Shown: positions 8,364 to 16,093, counted from the first letter of the stretch. The stretch is DNA of 20,000 bases from an uncultured virus (IMG/VR IMGVR_UViG_3300031251_000012) (IMGVR_UViG_3300031251_000012); one strand, 5' to 3'. The notes: generated by a model from the sequence alone, not told the origin. Translations and numbers: made by a program.

Positions 8364-8713
8364 ATCAATATCAATAACTTTTCTAACTGCTCTTCTGTTC
8401 TAATATCGAATAACTTCCAACCATCAAGTTCGGCAATAGTACCATCCATATATTGACCTGATGTTTTTGATGTTTGGATCCATTCTTCTTTTAGAATAGT
8501 TGTTATTTTCTTATTATTAGGAATATCATATTCCCATCTAATTAGATATTTCAGGCTTATGGTTCGTTCCGCGCATCCCCAGCTTTTGTTATAAAACTTC
8601 GGATCGCCATAATATGTAATGGCGCAATCATCACATTTACTATTATATATTTGAGTTGCTTCCCGAGTTGTAGATTTACACGATATACAAAAATAGTTTT
8701 TATTCGTTGTCAT
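8360..8713 (-). CDS. Small zinc-ribbon protein, family B, C-terminal EKLLILI tag
   Basis: CISC...CDDC; tail DGWKLFDIRTEEQLEKLLILI*. Confidence 0.8.
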   Translation of the reverse strand: MTTNKNYFCISCKSTTREATQIYNSKCDDCAITYYGDPKFYNKSWGCAERTISLKYLIRWEYDIPNNKKITTILKEEWIQTSKTSGQYMDGTIAELDGWKLFDIRTEEQLEKLLILI

Positions 8714-8888
8714 CTTCGTCCGTATCTTTATCTACCTCTTCAAGCAACTCTCTTTGCTCATTCTTTTGACCACCACGAGGTGTGTTTTTAGATTTCATCG
8801 GCGCCATACCAGCCACACGAGAACGCGCAGATATAACATTGGAATTGCGAGGAACGGATTTTGTTTTCTTCTTTTTGTTTTTAGACAT
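8700..8888 (-). CDS. Small protein with basic N-terminus and acidic C-terminus
   Basis: MSKNKKKKTK...EEVDKDTDEDDNE. Confidence 0.7.
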   Translation of the reverse strand: MSKNKKKKTKSVPRNSNVISARSRVAGMAPMKSKNTPRGGQKNEQRELLEEVDKDTDEDDNE

Positions 8889-8895
8889 TGCGAGC

Positions 8896-9144
8896 CTATG
8901 TTAGTATTAGATACTTTTCGATTTCATCGAGATATTTTGCATGGTCTTCATAATCTAATTTCCAAGATTTGAAAATTACTTGGAGCGGAAGGGTTTTATT
9001 TTCATTATCCCACATGAATGCTTTCACTAATGTTTTAGGAACATTCATATTACGATTTTCAATAAATCTTGTTATCTCTACCCATGTAGCAACGCCCCCT
9101 AATTTATACATATATTCTTTTAGATCATCTTCATCTTTGGACAT
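8896..9144 (-). CDS. Small protein, family A, C-terminal EKYLILT tag (start revised to MSKDEDD)
   Basis: The ATG at 9219 lies inside a promoter spacer; ATG at 9144 has a GGTGA SD; IENRNMNVPKTLVKAFMW...KYLDEIEKYLILT*. Confidence 0.75.
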   Translation of the reverse strand: MSKDEDDLKEYMYKLGGVATWVEITRFIENRNMNVPKTLVKAFMWDNENKTLPLQVIFKSWKLDYEDHAKYLDEIEKYLILT

Positions 9145-9171
9145 TTGTATCACCGTGTAGGGAAAACTGCT

Positions 9172-9202
9172 AGGAACGGCTACCGCTTTGGCGCCGTTCC
9201 CT
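9172..9202 (-). promoter_or_regulatory. 5' leader hairpin GGAACGGC-GCC-AAAGC-GGT-A-GCCGTTCC
   Basis: Perfect 8-bp inverted repeat starting at the predicted TSS (9202). Confidence 0.6.
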
Positions 9203-9208
9203 GCTCTA

Positions 9209-9237
9209 ACAATAGCCATCGATTACCGCTTTGTCAA
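9209..9237 (-). promoter_or_regulatory. Sigma70-type promoter TTGACA-N17-TATTGT
   Basis: Consensus -35, 17-bp spacer, TAxxxT -10. Confidence 0.7.
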
Positions 9238-9529
9238 GCCCATAATAGTTGAGCAAGGTTTCGCTAAATAATGTCTGGTTGTGTATTGTTTGTTTATGAC
9301 AAGATTGTTCTACAATCATCTGGCTTTGTTCATGTGATGAGCACGTCTGGCGAGGTTGCATCTCTGCGAGCACATATCACTGTGCGTTTTCGTGTTTGGA
9401 ATGCCGTCGCATTATTTTGTTGTCGAGTTCAATGCCCTTTGAGTTTATCGCTCTTGGGTTATCATTGCCAGCACACGATCGGAGATACATTACATATCAA
9501 GCGAGCGCGCCCAACTTTTGCTGGAAAAT

Positions 9530-9775
9530 CTAGGTTTTACTTTCAAGTTTCCATACATCGTTTTGTAAATCAACGATCATATCATTTAAGTGCTTAATGC
9601 AATCCTTTATGTTTTCGTGTTCGCCTTCTTTGAATTCTGGCTTTGGATATTCATATCTTCCTTCTTTATTTTTTCCAATAATGTAAGACTTTATAATCCC
9701 GCCACAAAATACACACTTAATACCAGACTCTGTTTCTTCGGCTTCTAGTTTAGTTTTATTTTTTGTTTTACTCAT
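9530..9775 (-). CDS. Hypothetical protein with CxxC...H/C motif
   Basis: CVFCGG...H...CIKHL; ATGA overlap with upstream gene. Confidence 0.7.
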   Translation of the reverse strand: MSKTKNKTKLEAEETESGIKCVFCGGIIKSYIIGKNKEGRYEYPKPEFKEGEHENIKDCIKHLNDMIVDLQNDVWKLESKT

Positions 9776-10482
9776 GGCGATGAGCTTACTTTTTTGATTG
9801 GCTTTGATTTTTTTACAATCGTGCCGCCTGCAATAGCTGGATTTGTTTTTGCTGGAACTGCACCACTAATACTTCCACCACCAATATGATTTATAGAACC
9901 AGTTGATTTCGTAATGCTCTTTGAAGAAGAACTACTACTGGATTTCGTTGGTTTCAACGAACTTAGTTTATTTACTGCATCCTTCATTTTTTCTTCAATC
10001 GTTTTTTCTTTCTTTACAATCGGTTTGGAAGATAGATCAAGTTTCTTTGGTGTATATCCGACGGTCTTGAAAAACTCTTCTCTTGGTATCCTATAATATT
10101 TTATACCATCTTGTTCTGCGTTTTCTAACTTTGATATGTTTTCTCGAATGCGAACAATTGCATTTCCGCCATTAACATCTTGACCAATTATCCATATGGC
10201 TTTATGTAAAACATAATCTTTACCCGGAGCAGTGTGATCGAATGTTCTTGGCATATCCCACATAGAATCCATTTCAGAAAGAACAACGAATGCCTCTGTT
10301 GGTGAGATTGTCTTGGCAATATTTACCATATCGGGAAGGCTTAGATCACCAGCGCCGAGTTTTTCTCCTTGTAAATTATACCAGCCAGCATTGTTGATTA
10401 TGCTGTTGTGTCGCATTTGATTATTTGATAGTCCGAAAGATTTGCATTTTATGTCTCCGAACATTGATTTTGTGAGTTTCAT
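9772..10482 (-). CDS. Hypothetical protein with Ser/Lys-rich low-complexity C-terminal tail
   Basis: 236 aa ORF; tail KSSSSSSSKS...KKSKPIKK. Confidence 0.8.
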   Translation of the reverse strand: MKLTKSMFGDIKCKSFGLSNNQMRHNSIINNAGWYNLQGEKLGAGDLSLPDMVNIAKTISPTEAFVVLSEMDSMWDMPRTFDHTAPGKDYVLHKAIWIIGQDVNGGNAIVRIRENISKLENAEQDGIKYYRIPREEFFKTVGYTPKKLDLSSKPIVKKEKTIEEKMKDAVNKLSSLKPTKSSSSSSSKSITKSTGSINHIGGGSISGAVPAKTNPAIAGGTIVKKSKPIKKVSSSP

Positions 10483-10492
10483 TTTGTTTCTT

Positions 10493-10777
10493 TCATAGTA
10501 GTAATAGATATTTATCTATTTCGTCTGCATACTTTTTATATTGGGGATTGAGTTGCTTATTTCTAAGGATCGCAAAATCTATACCATTCCCGAGTGCTTT
10601 ATGATACCACACGAATGCTTTTATTAGATTAGGAATAACTGGTAATTTTCTTCGTTCATACGCCCTGATGACTGCGTCCGCAAGTTCTATTGATATTCCT
10701 TCGGTATTAACACTGGCTTTCTCTCGAAAATCAGTATCTACTATCAATGGAATATCTAACATATATTCTACAAACAT
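10493..10777 (-). CDS. Small protein, family A, C-terminal DKYLLLL tag
   Basis: IVDTDF...YERRKLPVIPNLIKAFVWY...KKYADEIDKYLLLL*. Confidence 0.8.
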   Translation of the reverse strand: MFVEYMLDIPLIVDTDFREKASVNTEGISIELADAVIRAYERRKLPVIPNLIKAFVWYHKALGNGIDFAILRNKQLNPQYKKYADEIDKYLLLL

Positions 10778-10778
10778 A

Positions 10779-12203
10779 TTATATCAGTTGCTTTTGTATT
10801 CTGTTCAATACTACTTCTTTACCCATCACTCCCATTACTTGGAATAATTCAGGGCTTTGTGTCCGACCATAAATCGCGCATCTTGTTGGTTGTCCGATCT
10901 CTTTTATAGTCATTCCATTTTGTGTTAGCCAATCATTTGTTGCCGTTCTAAGATTATTTTCCGTCCAATCATTTACGGATTGAAGGAATGTATTGAATGC
11001 GGATAGTTTTGTTTTGGCTTCTGGTGTGAGTATTTTTTCGACTGCTGATTGGTCAATGGAGATGTCGGAACGGAGAACTGGCTCTAACTCCGTTGCTGCG
11101 TCCAATAGTGTGCGGGCGCGTGTCCTCACCAGCGGTATTAGTGATGTAAGTCGTCTGGCGCAGATGTCAATGCCACGGGCTGTAATGAATGGTAGGAGGT
11201 GATCGGCATACACATTATCTGGCGTCAATGTGTTGCTTTTCAGATGTTCATAATTTATGACCGATGCCTTGACTGGATCAAACTTACCATCTTTACGAAC
11301 ACAATTTTCAAGTGAAAACTTTTCAATTAGTTCATTAATCGAAAACAATTCTTGATCTTTATAACCAAAACCAAGTCTTGCAACAATATTCAATAGAGCT
11401 TGTGGTGTATATCCTAAATCTCGAAACTGGAAAACGCTTGCAGCACCATCGCGCTTCGATAACTTGGATCCTGATTGTGATAGAATGAGGGGGAGATGTC
11501 CTTGAATAGGTGGTTCCCACCCGAACGCTTGATATAGCATCAGTTGGCAATTTGCATTAACCATATGTTCGCGTCCGCGAATAATATGAGTTATTTCCAT
11601 TAGATGGTCATCAATAGTCGCACCAAAATTATACATTGCTTGACCATCAGATCGTATAATTATGAAGTCCTGATTTTCAAAATTAGGTGTGCGCACTGTC
11701 TTGAACACCTGATCATCATATTCAATATGACCATCAAGCGGAGCCTTAAATCTAATTACATAATTTTTAGTTCGATCGTATCCTTTGTCAATGCAGGTTC
11801 GTGGATATTTGAATACTGATTTTGGATTATTGGCTTCTATTTCTTTTCGTTGTCGATCTAATTCTTCTGGTGTGCAATAACAACGATATGCTTTACCTTC
11901 TTTGATTAATTGTTCTGCATAATGCTTGTAAATATCTTTGCGCTCGCTTTGACGATACGGAACATCATTGCTTACGCCAATACCTTGTTGCCAATCTAAC
12001 CCGAGCCAACGAAGACTATCGAGAATTGTATTTTCGCTTGCGTCCGATGATCTTTTTTGATCTGTGTCCTCGACCCTTACCAAGAAAATCCCATTGTGTT
12101 TCTTTGCAAGTAGCCAATTATATAGGGCTGTTCTAGCCCCGCCAATATGTAATGAACCGCTCGGACTTGGAGAAAATCTTGTCTTCATTAGTTTTTCTTT
12201 CAT
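10779..12203 (-). CDS. gltX: Glutamate--tRNA ligase (glutamyl-tRNA synthetase)
   Basis: RFSPSPSGSLHIGG (HIGH), RVEDTD, AYRCYC, ITHIIRG, KLSKR (KMSKS); full length with anticodon-binding domain. Confidence 0.96.
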   Translation of the reverse strand: MKEKLMKTRFSPSPSGSLHIGGARTALYNWLLAKKHNGIFLVRVEDTDQKRSSDASENTILDSLRWLGLDWQQGIGVSNDVPYRQSERKDIYKHYAEQLIKEGKAYRCYCTPEELDRQRKEIEANNPKSVFKYPRTCIDKGYDRTKNYVIRFKAPLDGHIEYDDQVFKTVRTPNFENQDFIIIRSDGQAMYNFGATIDDHLMEITHIIRGREHMVNANCQLMLYQAFGWEPPIQGHLPLILSQSGSKLSKRDGAASVFQFRDLGYTPQALLNIVARLGFGYKDQELFSINELIEKFSLENCVRKDGKFDPVKASVINYEHLKSNTLTPDNVYADHLLPFITARGIDICARRLTSLIPLVRTRARTLLDAATELEPVLRSDISIDQSAVEKILTPEAKTKLSAFNTFLQSVNDWTENNLRTATNDWLTQNGMTIKEIGQPTRCAIYGRTQSPELFQVMGVMGKEVVLNRIQKQLI

Positions 12204-12222
12204 TTCACATTTTTATTTTTAT

Positions 12223-12312
12223 CTAAATATACCAACAAGATGATGTATGTTCAATATTATCTAAAAGAAACATCATACCAATAACAAGTCCAACAATAAT
12301 AAATAATACCAT
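12223..12312 (-). CDS. Putative 29-aa hydrophobic peptide
   Basis: MVLFIIVGLVIGMMFLLDNIEHTSSCWYI; AGGA SD; first ORF after promoter 12332-12360. Confidence 0.45.
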   Translation of the reverse strand: MVLFIIVGLVIGMMFLLDNIEHTSSCWYI

Positions 12313-12331
12313 TTTATCTTCCTACAATTAT

Positions 12332-12360
12332 AATCTAACCACTCCACCGCACCCCGTCAA
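12332..12360 (-). promoter_or_regulatory. Sigma70-type promoter TTGACG-N17-TAGATT upstream of gltX
   Basis: GC-rich spacer; the -35 overlaps the TGA of the upstream ORF. Confidence 0.72.
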
Positions 12361-12629
12361 GCCACATCCTGCGACAACGCAATACACTTTTTACAATTTA
12401 CTTTACTCGGCCAGCAAATCCATCCCCACAACCTATACCATTTCTTTTGCACATTGTTTTTAGCGCACAATGGTAAGTTTTCCTGAACATTAGCCAAGTG
12501 GAATGTCTTATTCTCTTTATTCATTCTTTTAGAATGCTCAACGATATTATCATCAGCATTTTTTATTGATTTATTGACTTCTTTTATACTGTATTTTTTT
12601 CCCATTCTCCACCAACAACCTTCCACCAA
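12357..12629 (-). CDS. Small Cys/His-containing hypothetical protein; true start probably downstream of 12629
   Basis: H...PLC...VNCKKC in the C-terminal 55 aa; the N-terminus overlaps a duplicated fragment read in another frame. Confidence 0.55.
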   Translation of the reverse strand: MVEGCWWRMGKKYSIKEVNKSIKNADDNIVEHSKRMNKENKTFHLANVQENLPLCAKNNVQKKWYRLWGWICWPSKVNCKKCIALSQDVA

Positions 12630-12652
12630 CGAACGCGAATGTTATTACTCAT
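12584..12652 (-). pseudogene. 22-aa mini-ORF/remnant homologous to the C-terminal part of 12882..13133
   Basis: MSNNIRVRWWKVVGGEWEKNTV vs VSWGKVVGGEWVKS; TAATG-coupled start. Confidence 0.5.
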
Positions 12653-12958
12653 TATGCTTTTCTCCAATCATAACTTTGATCTGGTAATCTCGTGTATTTT
12701 ACCTTATTCCAATAACCTAACATATTAGGGTTATCAATCTCCCACTCCTCAATTGAGACAATTCTATCACCATTATTCAGGAGATACTTATCTCCTGCTT
12801 GTTTTGCATCATTAAGTGATTGATGAACACTAAGCATGTCATCACATTCGCCATTGCCATAGAATAATATAAATACACTATTCATTTTGTTATGATTTCT
12901 CCAAGTGTAAAAGATGGTTCTGATTTTACCCATTCTCCACCAACAACCTTCCCCCAAC
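12601..12958. repeat. 30-bp direct repeat (29/30 identical) at 12601-12630 and 12929-12958
   Basis: cccattctccaccaacaaccttcc(a/c)ccaac. Confidence 0.9.
12652..12885 (-). CDS. Small protein, paralog of 12882..13133 (start revised to MNSVF)
   Basis: MNSVF..GNG..SLNDAKQAGDKYLL..VSIEEWEI aligns with the neighbour; ATGA overlap at 12882-12885. Confidence 0.8.
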   Translation of the reverse strand: MNSVFILFYGNGECDDMLSVHQSLNDAKQAGDKYLLNNGDRIVSIEEWEIDNPNMLGYWNKVKYTRLPDQSYDWRKA

Positions 12959-13133
12959 TCACATTATATTCCACCGCCCCAATATACCATTCAAAAATAT
13001 TTACATATTTTGATTTCCATCCAGCCAGCAATATTTCATCACCATATTTCATAGCCTCATCCAATGACAAGAAAATTGGCGTGTTATTGTCTTGGTATCC
13101 GTTGCCCGGAATTACTTGAAAGATACTATTCAT
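12882..13133 (-). CDS. Small protein, paralog of 12652..12885
   Basis: MNSIF..GNG..SLDEAMKYGDEILL..VNIFEWYI. Confidence 0.8.
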   Translation of the reverse strand: MNSIFQVIPGNGYQDNNTPIFLSLDEAMKYGDEILLAGWKSKYVNIFEWYIGAVEYNVSWGKVVGGEWVKSEPSFTLGEIITK

Positions 13134-13302
13134 TTTTCATCTCATCCTTTACCCATTCAATCAATTCTATAATAAAATTACACTTACCATTATTTTCGTG
13201 ATCGTAATCTGACATTGAGGTAATATAAGGATCGCCGGCGTTTTGTATCATTTGAAGTTCGGATTTCAAGTGTTCAAGTAATTTTTGCTGGAATGTTATC
13301 AT
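13126..13302 (-). CDS. Hypothetical protein (58 aa), not in the ORF track
   Basis: MITFQQKLLEHLKSELQMIQNAGDPY...IELIEWVKDEMKNE; ATGA overlap with upstream gene. Confidence 0.65.
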   Translation of the reverse strand: MITFQQKLLEHLKSELQMIQNAGDPYITSMSDYDHENNGKCNFIIELIEWVKDEMKNE

Positions 13303-13571
13303 TGTAATATCAATAACTCATTATGTCTTTCACAAACTGCCATCGCTTCTTCTTTTGTGTCAAACTTACAATCATCTGGCGTGCTATTGCCAAAAATAGT
13401 AATATCACTTGTACGAAGATTTTTGGTCAGAAAACGAATATTACCATTATTGACAATATATAATATATTATAATATAATTCATTTTTTACGGAAGCAACG
13501 GAATACTTATATGGCACAAACCAAGTTTCATTCCATTTATGTTGATGCTTACCTCCATATACCCATTCCAT
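13299..13571 (-). CDS. Family C tandem paralog 5 (MEW...CERHNELLILQ)
   Basis: Conserved tail CKFDTKEEAMAVCERHNELLILQ*. Confidence 0.85.
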   Translation of the reverse strand: MEWVYGGKHQHKWNETWFVPYKYSVASVKNELYYNILYIVNNGNIRFLTKNLRTSDITIFGNSTPDDCKFDTKEEAMAVCERHNELLILQ

Positions 13572-13579
13572 AATAAATC

Positions 13580-13873
13580 CTATTGCAAAACCAGTCGTTG
13601 ATTATATCTTTCACAAGCTACCATTGCTTTTTCTTTTGTGGCAAACTTATGATCTGGTCGAAGACCATTGTTATTTAGTAATGTTGTAGATACTGATCTT
13701 TTATTTAGCCAATGTATTTCGATATCGTCGATATGATTTTGACAAACCATAGTGCACCACCAACCGTTATTTGCTACACCTTGATACATCACACTATAAG
13801 TGTAAAATCCTTCGCGAGCAACAAAATAATGTAAATAACAATTATTCTCTTTTGCTATTGACCATTCTAACAT
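13580..13873 (-). CDS. Family C tandem paralog 4 (MLEW...CERYNQRLVLQ)
   Basis: Tail KFATKEKAMVACERYNQRLVLQ*. Confidence 0.85.
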   Translation of the reverse strand: MLEWSIAKENNCYLHYFVAREGFYTYSVMYQGVANNGWWCTMVCQNHIDDIEIHWLNKRSVSTTLLNNNGLRPDHKFATKEKAMVACERYNQRLVLQ

Positions 13874-13882
13874 ATTATTTCC

Positions 13883-14164
13883 TTATTGTAATATCAATAA
13901 CTCATAATGTCTTTCACAAACGGCTTTTGCTTCTTCTGGCATCTTGAAAAAACAATCATCTGGCAAACTATCAACCCTACTTGTAATACAATGCATATGA
14001 AGTCTGTCTGACAGATATCCGCCCAAACTTTTTGGCGGAGTATAAACTATATACCACCCACTTTTACTATATTGTAAATATACAATGTCATACCATCCAC
14101 GATCTGTATTTGATATATATCGGTCATCACCACTCAATGCATCACTATCATATTTCCATTCCAT
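13883..14164 (-). CDS. Family C tandem paralog 3 (start revised to MEWKY)
   Basis: MEW start shared with paralogs; tail CFFKMPEEAKAVCERHYELLILQ*. Confidence 0.85.
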   Translation of the reverse strand: MEWKYDSDALSGDDRYISNTDRGWYDIVYLQYSKSGWYIVYTPPKSLGGYLSDRLHMHCITSRVDSLPDDCFFKMPEEAKAVCERHYELLILQ

Positions 14165-14172
14165 AGTAAAAC

Positions 14173-14439
14173 CTATTGTAAAATCAATAATTTGTGATGG
14201 CGTTCGCATATCTCTTGCGCTTCTTCTTTCGTGGCGAACTCACAATTAGATTGTAGTCCTTGTGCTTCTGCTATTCCATAACCGCATTCTATGTTAAGAT
14301 TATTAGATAGGAAGCCACCGAGCATATCTGGTGGATTATATGATGAACACCACTTGCCATAATAACTAATCACACAATAATCATTTCCATCATCAAGATG
14401 TGCTTCCCAATAACCTGTATCAGTTTCTAACCAATTCAT
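14173..14439 (-). CDS. Family C tandem paralog 2 (start revised to MNWLE)
   Basis: Tail CEFATKEEAQEICERHHKLLILQ*. Confidence 0.85.
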   Translation of the reverse strand: MNWLETDTGYWEAHLDDGNDYCVISYYGKWCSSYNPPDMLGGFLSNNLNIECGYGIAEAQGLQSNCEFATKEEAQEICERHHKLLILQ

Positions 14440-14450
14440 TTTTAGAACCC

Positions 14451-14714
14451 TTATTGCAAAATTAGTAATTTGTAATGTCTTTCGCAAACTTCCATTGCTT
14501 GTTTTTTGGTCGTGAATTGACAATTAGTTTTTAACGGATCGCCATAATAAGTTTCTATACGAAGTCTATTTGATAGATAGCCAGCATACCTATTTAGATT
14601 TGGGGTATAATTAGCGACCCAAAATCCATCCCTAACAAAAACCCTGTAATCATGATCGAAGTCATCTTTGAATGGATGAGCCTCATAATGAAATCTCTTA
14701 GGGATCCATTCCAT
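14451..14714 (-). CDS. Family C tandem paralog 1 (MEWIP...)
   Basis: Tail CQFTTKKQAMEVCERHYKLLILQ*. Confidence 0.85.
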   Translation of the reverse strand: MEWIPKRFHYEAHPFKDDFDHDYRVFVRDGFWVANYTPNLNRYAGYLSNRLRIETYYGDPLKTNCQFTTKKQAMEVCERHYKLLILQ

Positions 14715-15554
14715 TTAGAAACCTATACACTGTGCTGTTGGCAGTCGGGCTTTCATAATTTTGACTGCGTCGGGGTTATTATCTATCATTACATAACCAC
14801 GATTATTATTCTCTGCTGATTGCCCAAGGGAACCGCTTCCAGCAAAAAAATCTAATACTATATCACCTTCATTAGAATGAACTTTGACTATACGATCTAA
14901 AACACCAAGTGGCTTCTGCGTTGGGTAATTTTGCTTTTCCTTACCCATTGTTGGAACGATTGTTTTGAACCAAACATCTGTTGGAGTTTTACCACGCTCT
15001 GCTTTTTCTTTTCCCACAAGTCCGGGCGCGAGATATGGAATACGATCCATTGCATCAAAATTGAAAACATATCCGCCTTTATTTGGATTCATCGCATAAA
15101 ATAAAATCGTGTCGTGTTTTGCTGGCCATTTACTTTTTGATCTGGCTCCGTAGTCATAAGCCCATATTAATTCATTGACAAACCTATGGCGTCCGAGCAT
15201 CTTGTCCAATGCAACCTTGATATAATGAACTTCTCTGTAATCTAAATGGACGAACAATGCTCCGTTGTCTGTTAGACAATGCAATGATGCTTCTATGCGT
15301 GGCATAAGGAATGCTGGGAAGTCATCGAACTTATCGTTGTAGATATTTGATGAGCCTTCTGCTTCTGTTGTTATGAATTGTTTTCCAGCGAATCCTGTTC
15401 GATCGCCTTCGCCATCTGTTGCTTTGACTTTTATTCTTTTGCGTTGTTGAACTTTTCCAGTCGAGAACGGACTATCGATGTAGATTAGTCGTGCAAAATT
15501 ATTAGGAAGTGTCGGTAGCACTTCGAGATTATCACCGAGAATTATTTGTTTCAT
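14715..15554 (-). CDS. DNA amino-methyltransferase (N6A/N4C), beta class
   Basis: GDNL, LIYIDSPF (motif IV variant), YPTQKP, VLDFFAGSGS (motif I) in beta order. Confidence 0.92.
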   Translation of the reverse strand: MKQIILGDNLEVLPTLPNNFARLIYIDSPFSTGKVQQRKRIKVKATDGEGDRTGFAGKQFITTEAEGSSNIYNDKFDDFPAFLMPRIEASLHCLTDNGALFVHLDYREVHYIKVALDKMLGRHRFVNELIWAYDYGARSKSKWPAKHDTILFYAMNPNKGGYVFNFDAMDRIPYLAPGLVGKEKAERGKTPTDVWFKTIVPTMGKEKQNYPTQKPLGVLDRIVKVHSNEGDIVLDFFAGSGSLGQSAENNNRGYVMIDNNPDAVKIMKARLPTAQCIGF

Positions 15555-15571
15555 ATGTATATACCTGTTAA

Positions 15572-16093
15572 TTAATAGGAATTATATATTCCTATATTTA
15601 TTTTTGTTTCACCAATAATATCAATAAGTTGGCTTACTTGTTTTGTATGTTTTGATGCCATATTTTTGCAATCAGCAAGTATATTTTGCATCATAATTTT
15701 TAACTCAGGATGCTTACGACCTTCTTCAATTGCATTTAGTGTTTCTTGTTTCAGATTATTTTCTACTACTTGATATGCGCTTATTTTATTTATAGACAAT
15801 GTCGCACATTCGAATTGATTTTCTGTATGTTGTCCTCGCTTTTTTTTACTAACTAAATTGACAATAACATTAGGTGGAACAACATACCAAGCATTATCTT
15901 TGCTATTATATACAACTAACGGAATATATTTCACCGCTCTTACTTGATTAATAGTTTCAACTGCTTCTTTTATTTCTCCGTTATCATCGCCAAAACAAAA
16001 ATCACCATCTACTTTATTTTTTGATTTTGACGCACCAGTGATCTGCATATAGTATTTCTCTGCCGACAAACCACTATTAGATATACCACTCAT
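15572..16093 (-). CDS. Putative PD-(D/E)XK nuclease, possible restriction endonuclease partner
   Basis: SGLSAE helix, DGDF and EIK motif pattern; lies immediately upstream of the methyltransferase. Confidence 0.5.
   Translation of the reverse strand: MSGISNSGLSAEKYYMQITGASKSKNKVDGDFCFGDDNGEIKEAVETINQVRAVKYIPLVVYNSKDNAWYVVPPNVIVNLVSKKKRGQHTENQFECATLSINKISAYQVVENNLKQETLNAIEEGRKHPELKIMMQNILADCKNMASKHTKQVSQLIDIIGETKINIGIYNSY

Noticed and set aside
12629..12957. Apparent shared N-terminus M(V/G)EGCWWRMGK of two ORF-track proteins
   Set aside because: It is an out-of-frame reading of the 30-bp repeat, whose coding frame is WxKVVGGEW; the starts were revised.
13299..14714. Diversity-generating retroelement, CRISPR array or integron cassette array
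   Set aside because: No reverse transcriptase, cas or integrase gene in the window; differences are not adenine-specific; the repeats are coding 3' ends; spacers of about 8-11 bp leave no room for attC sites.
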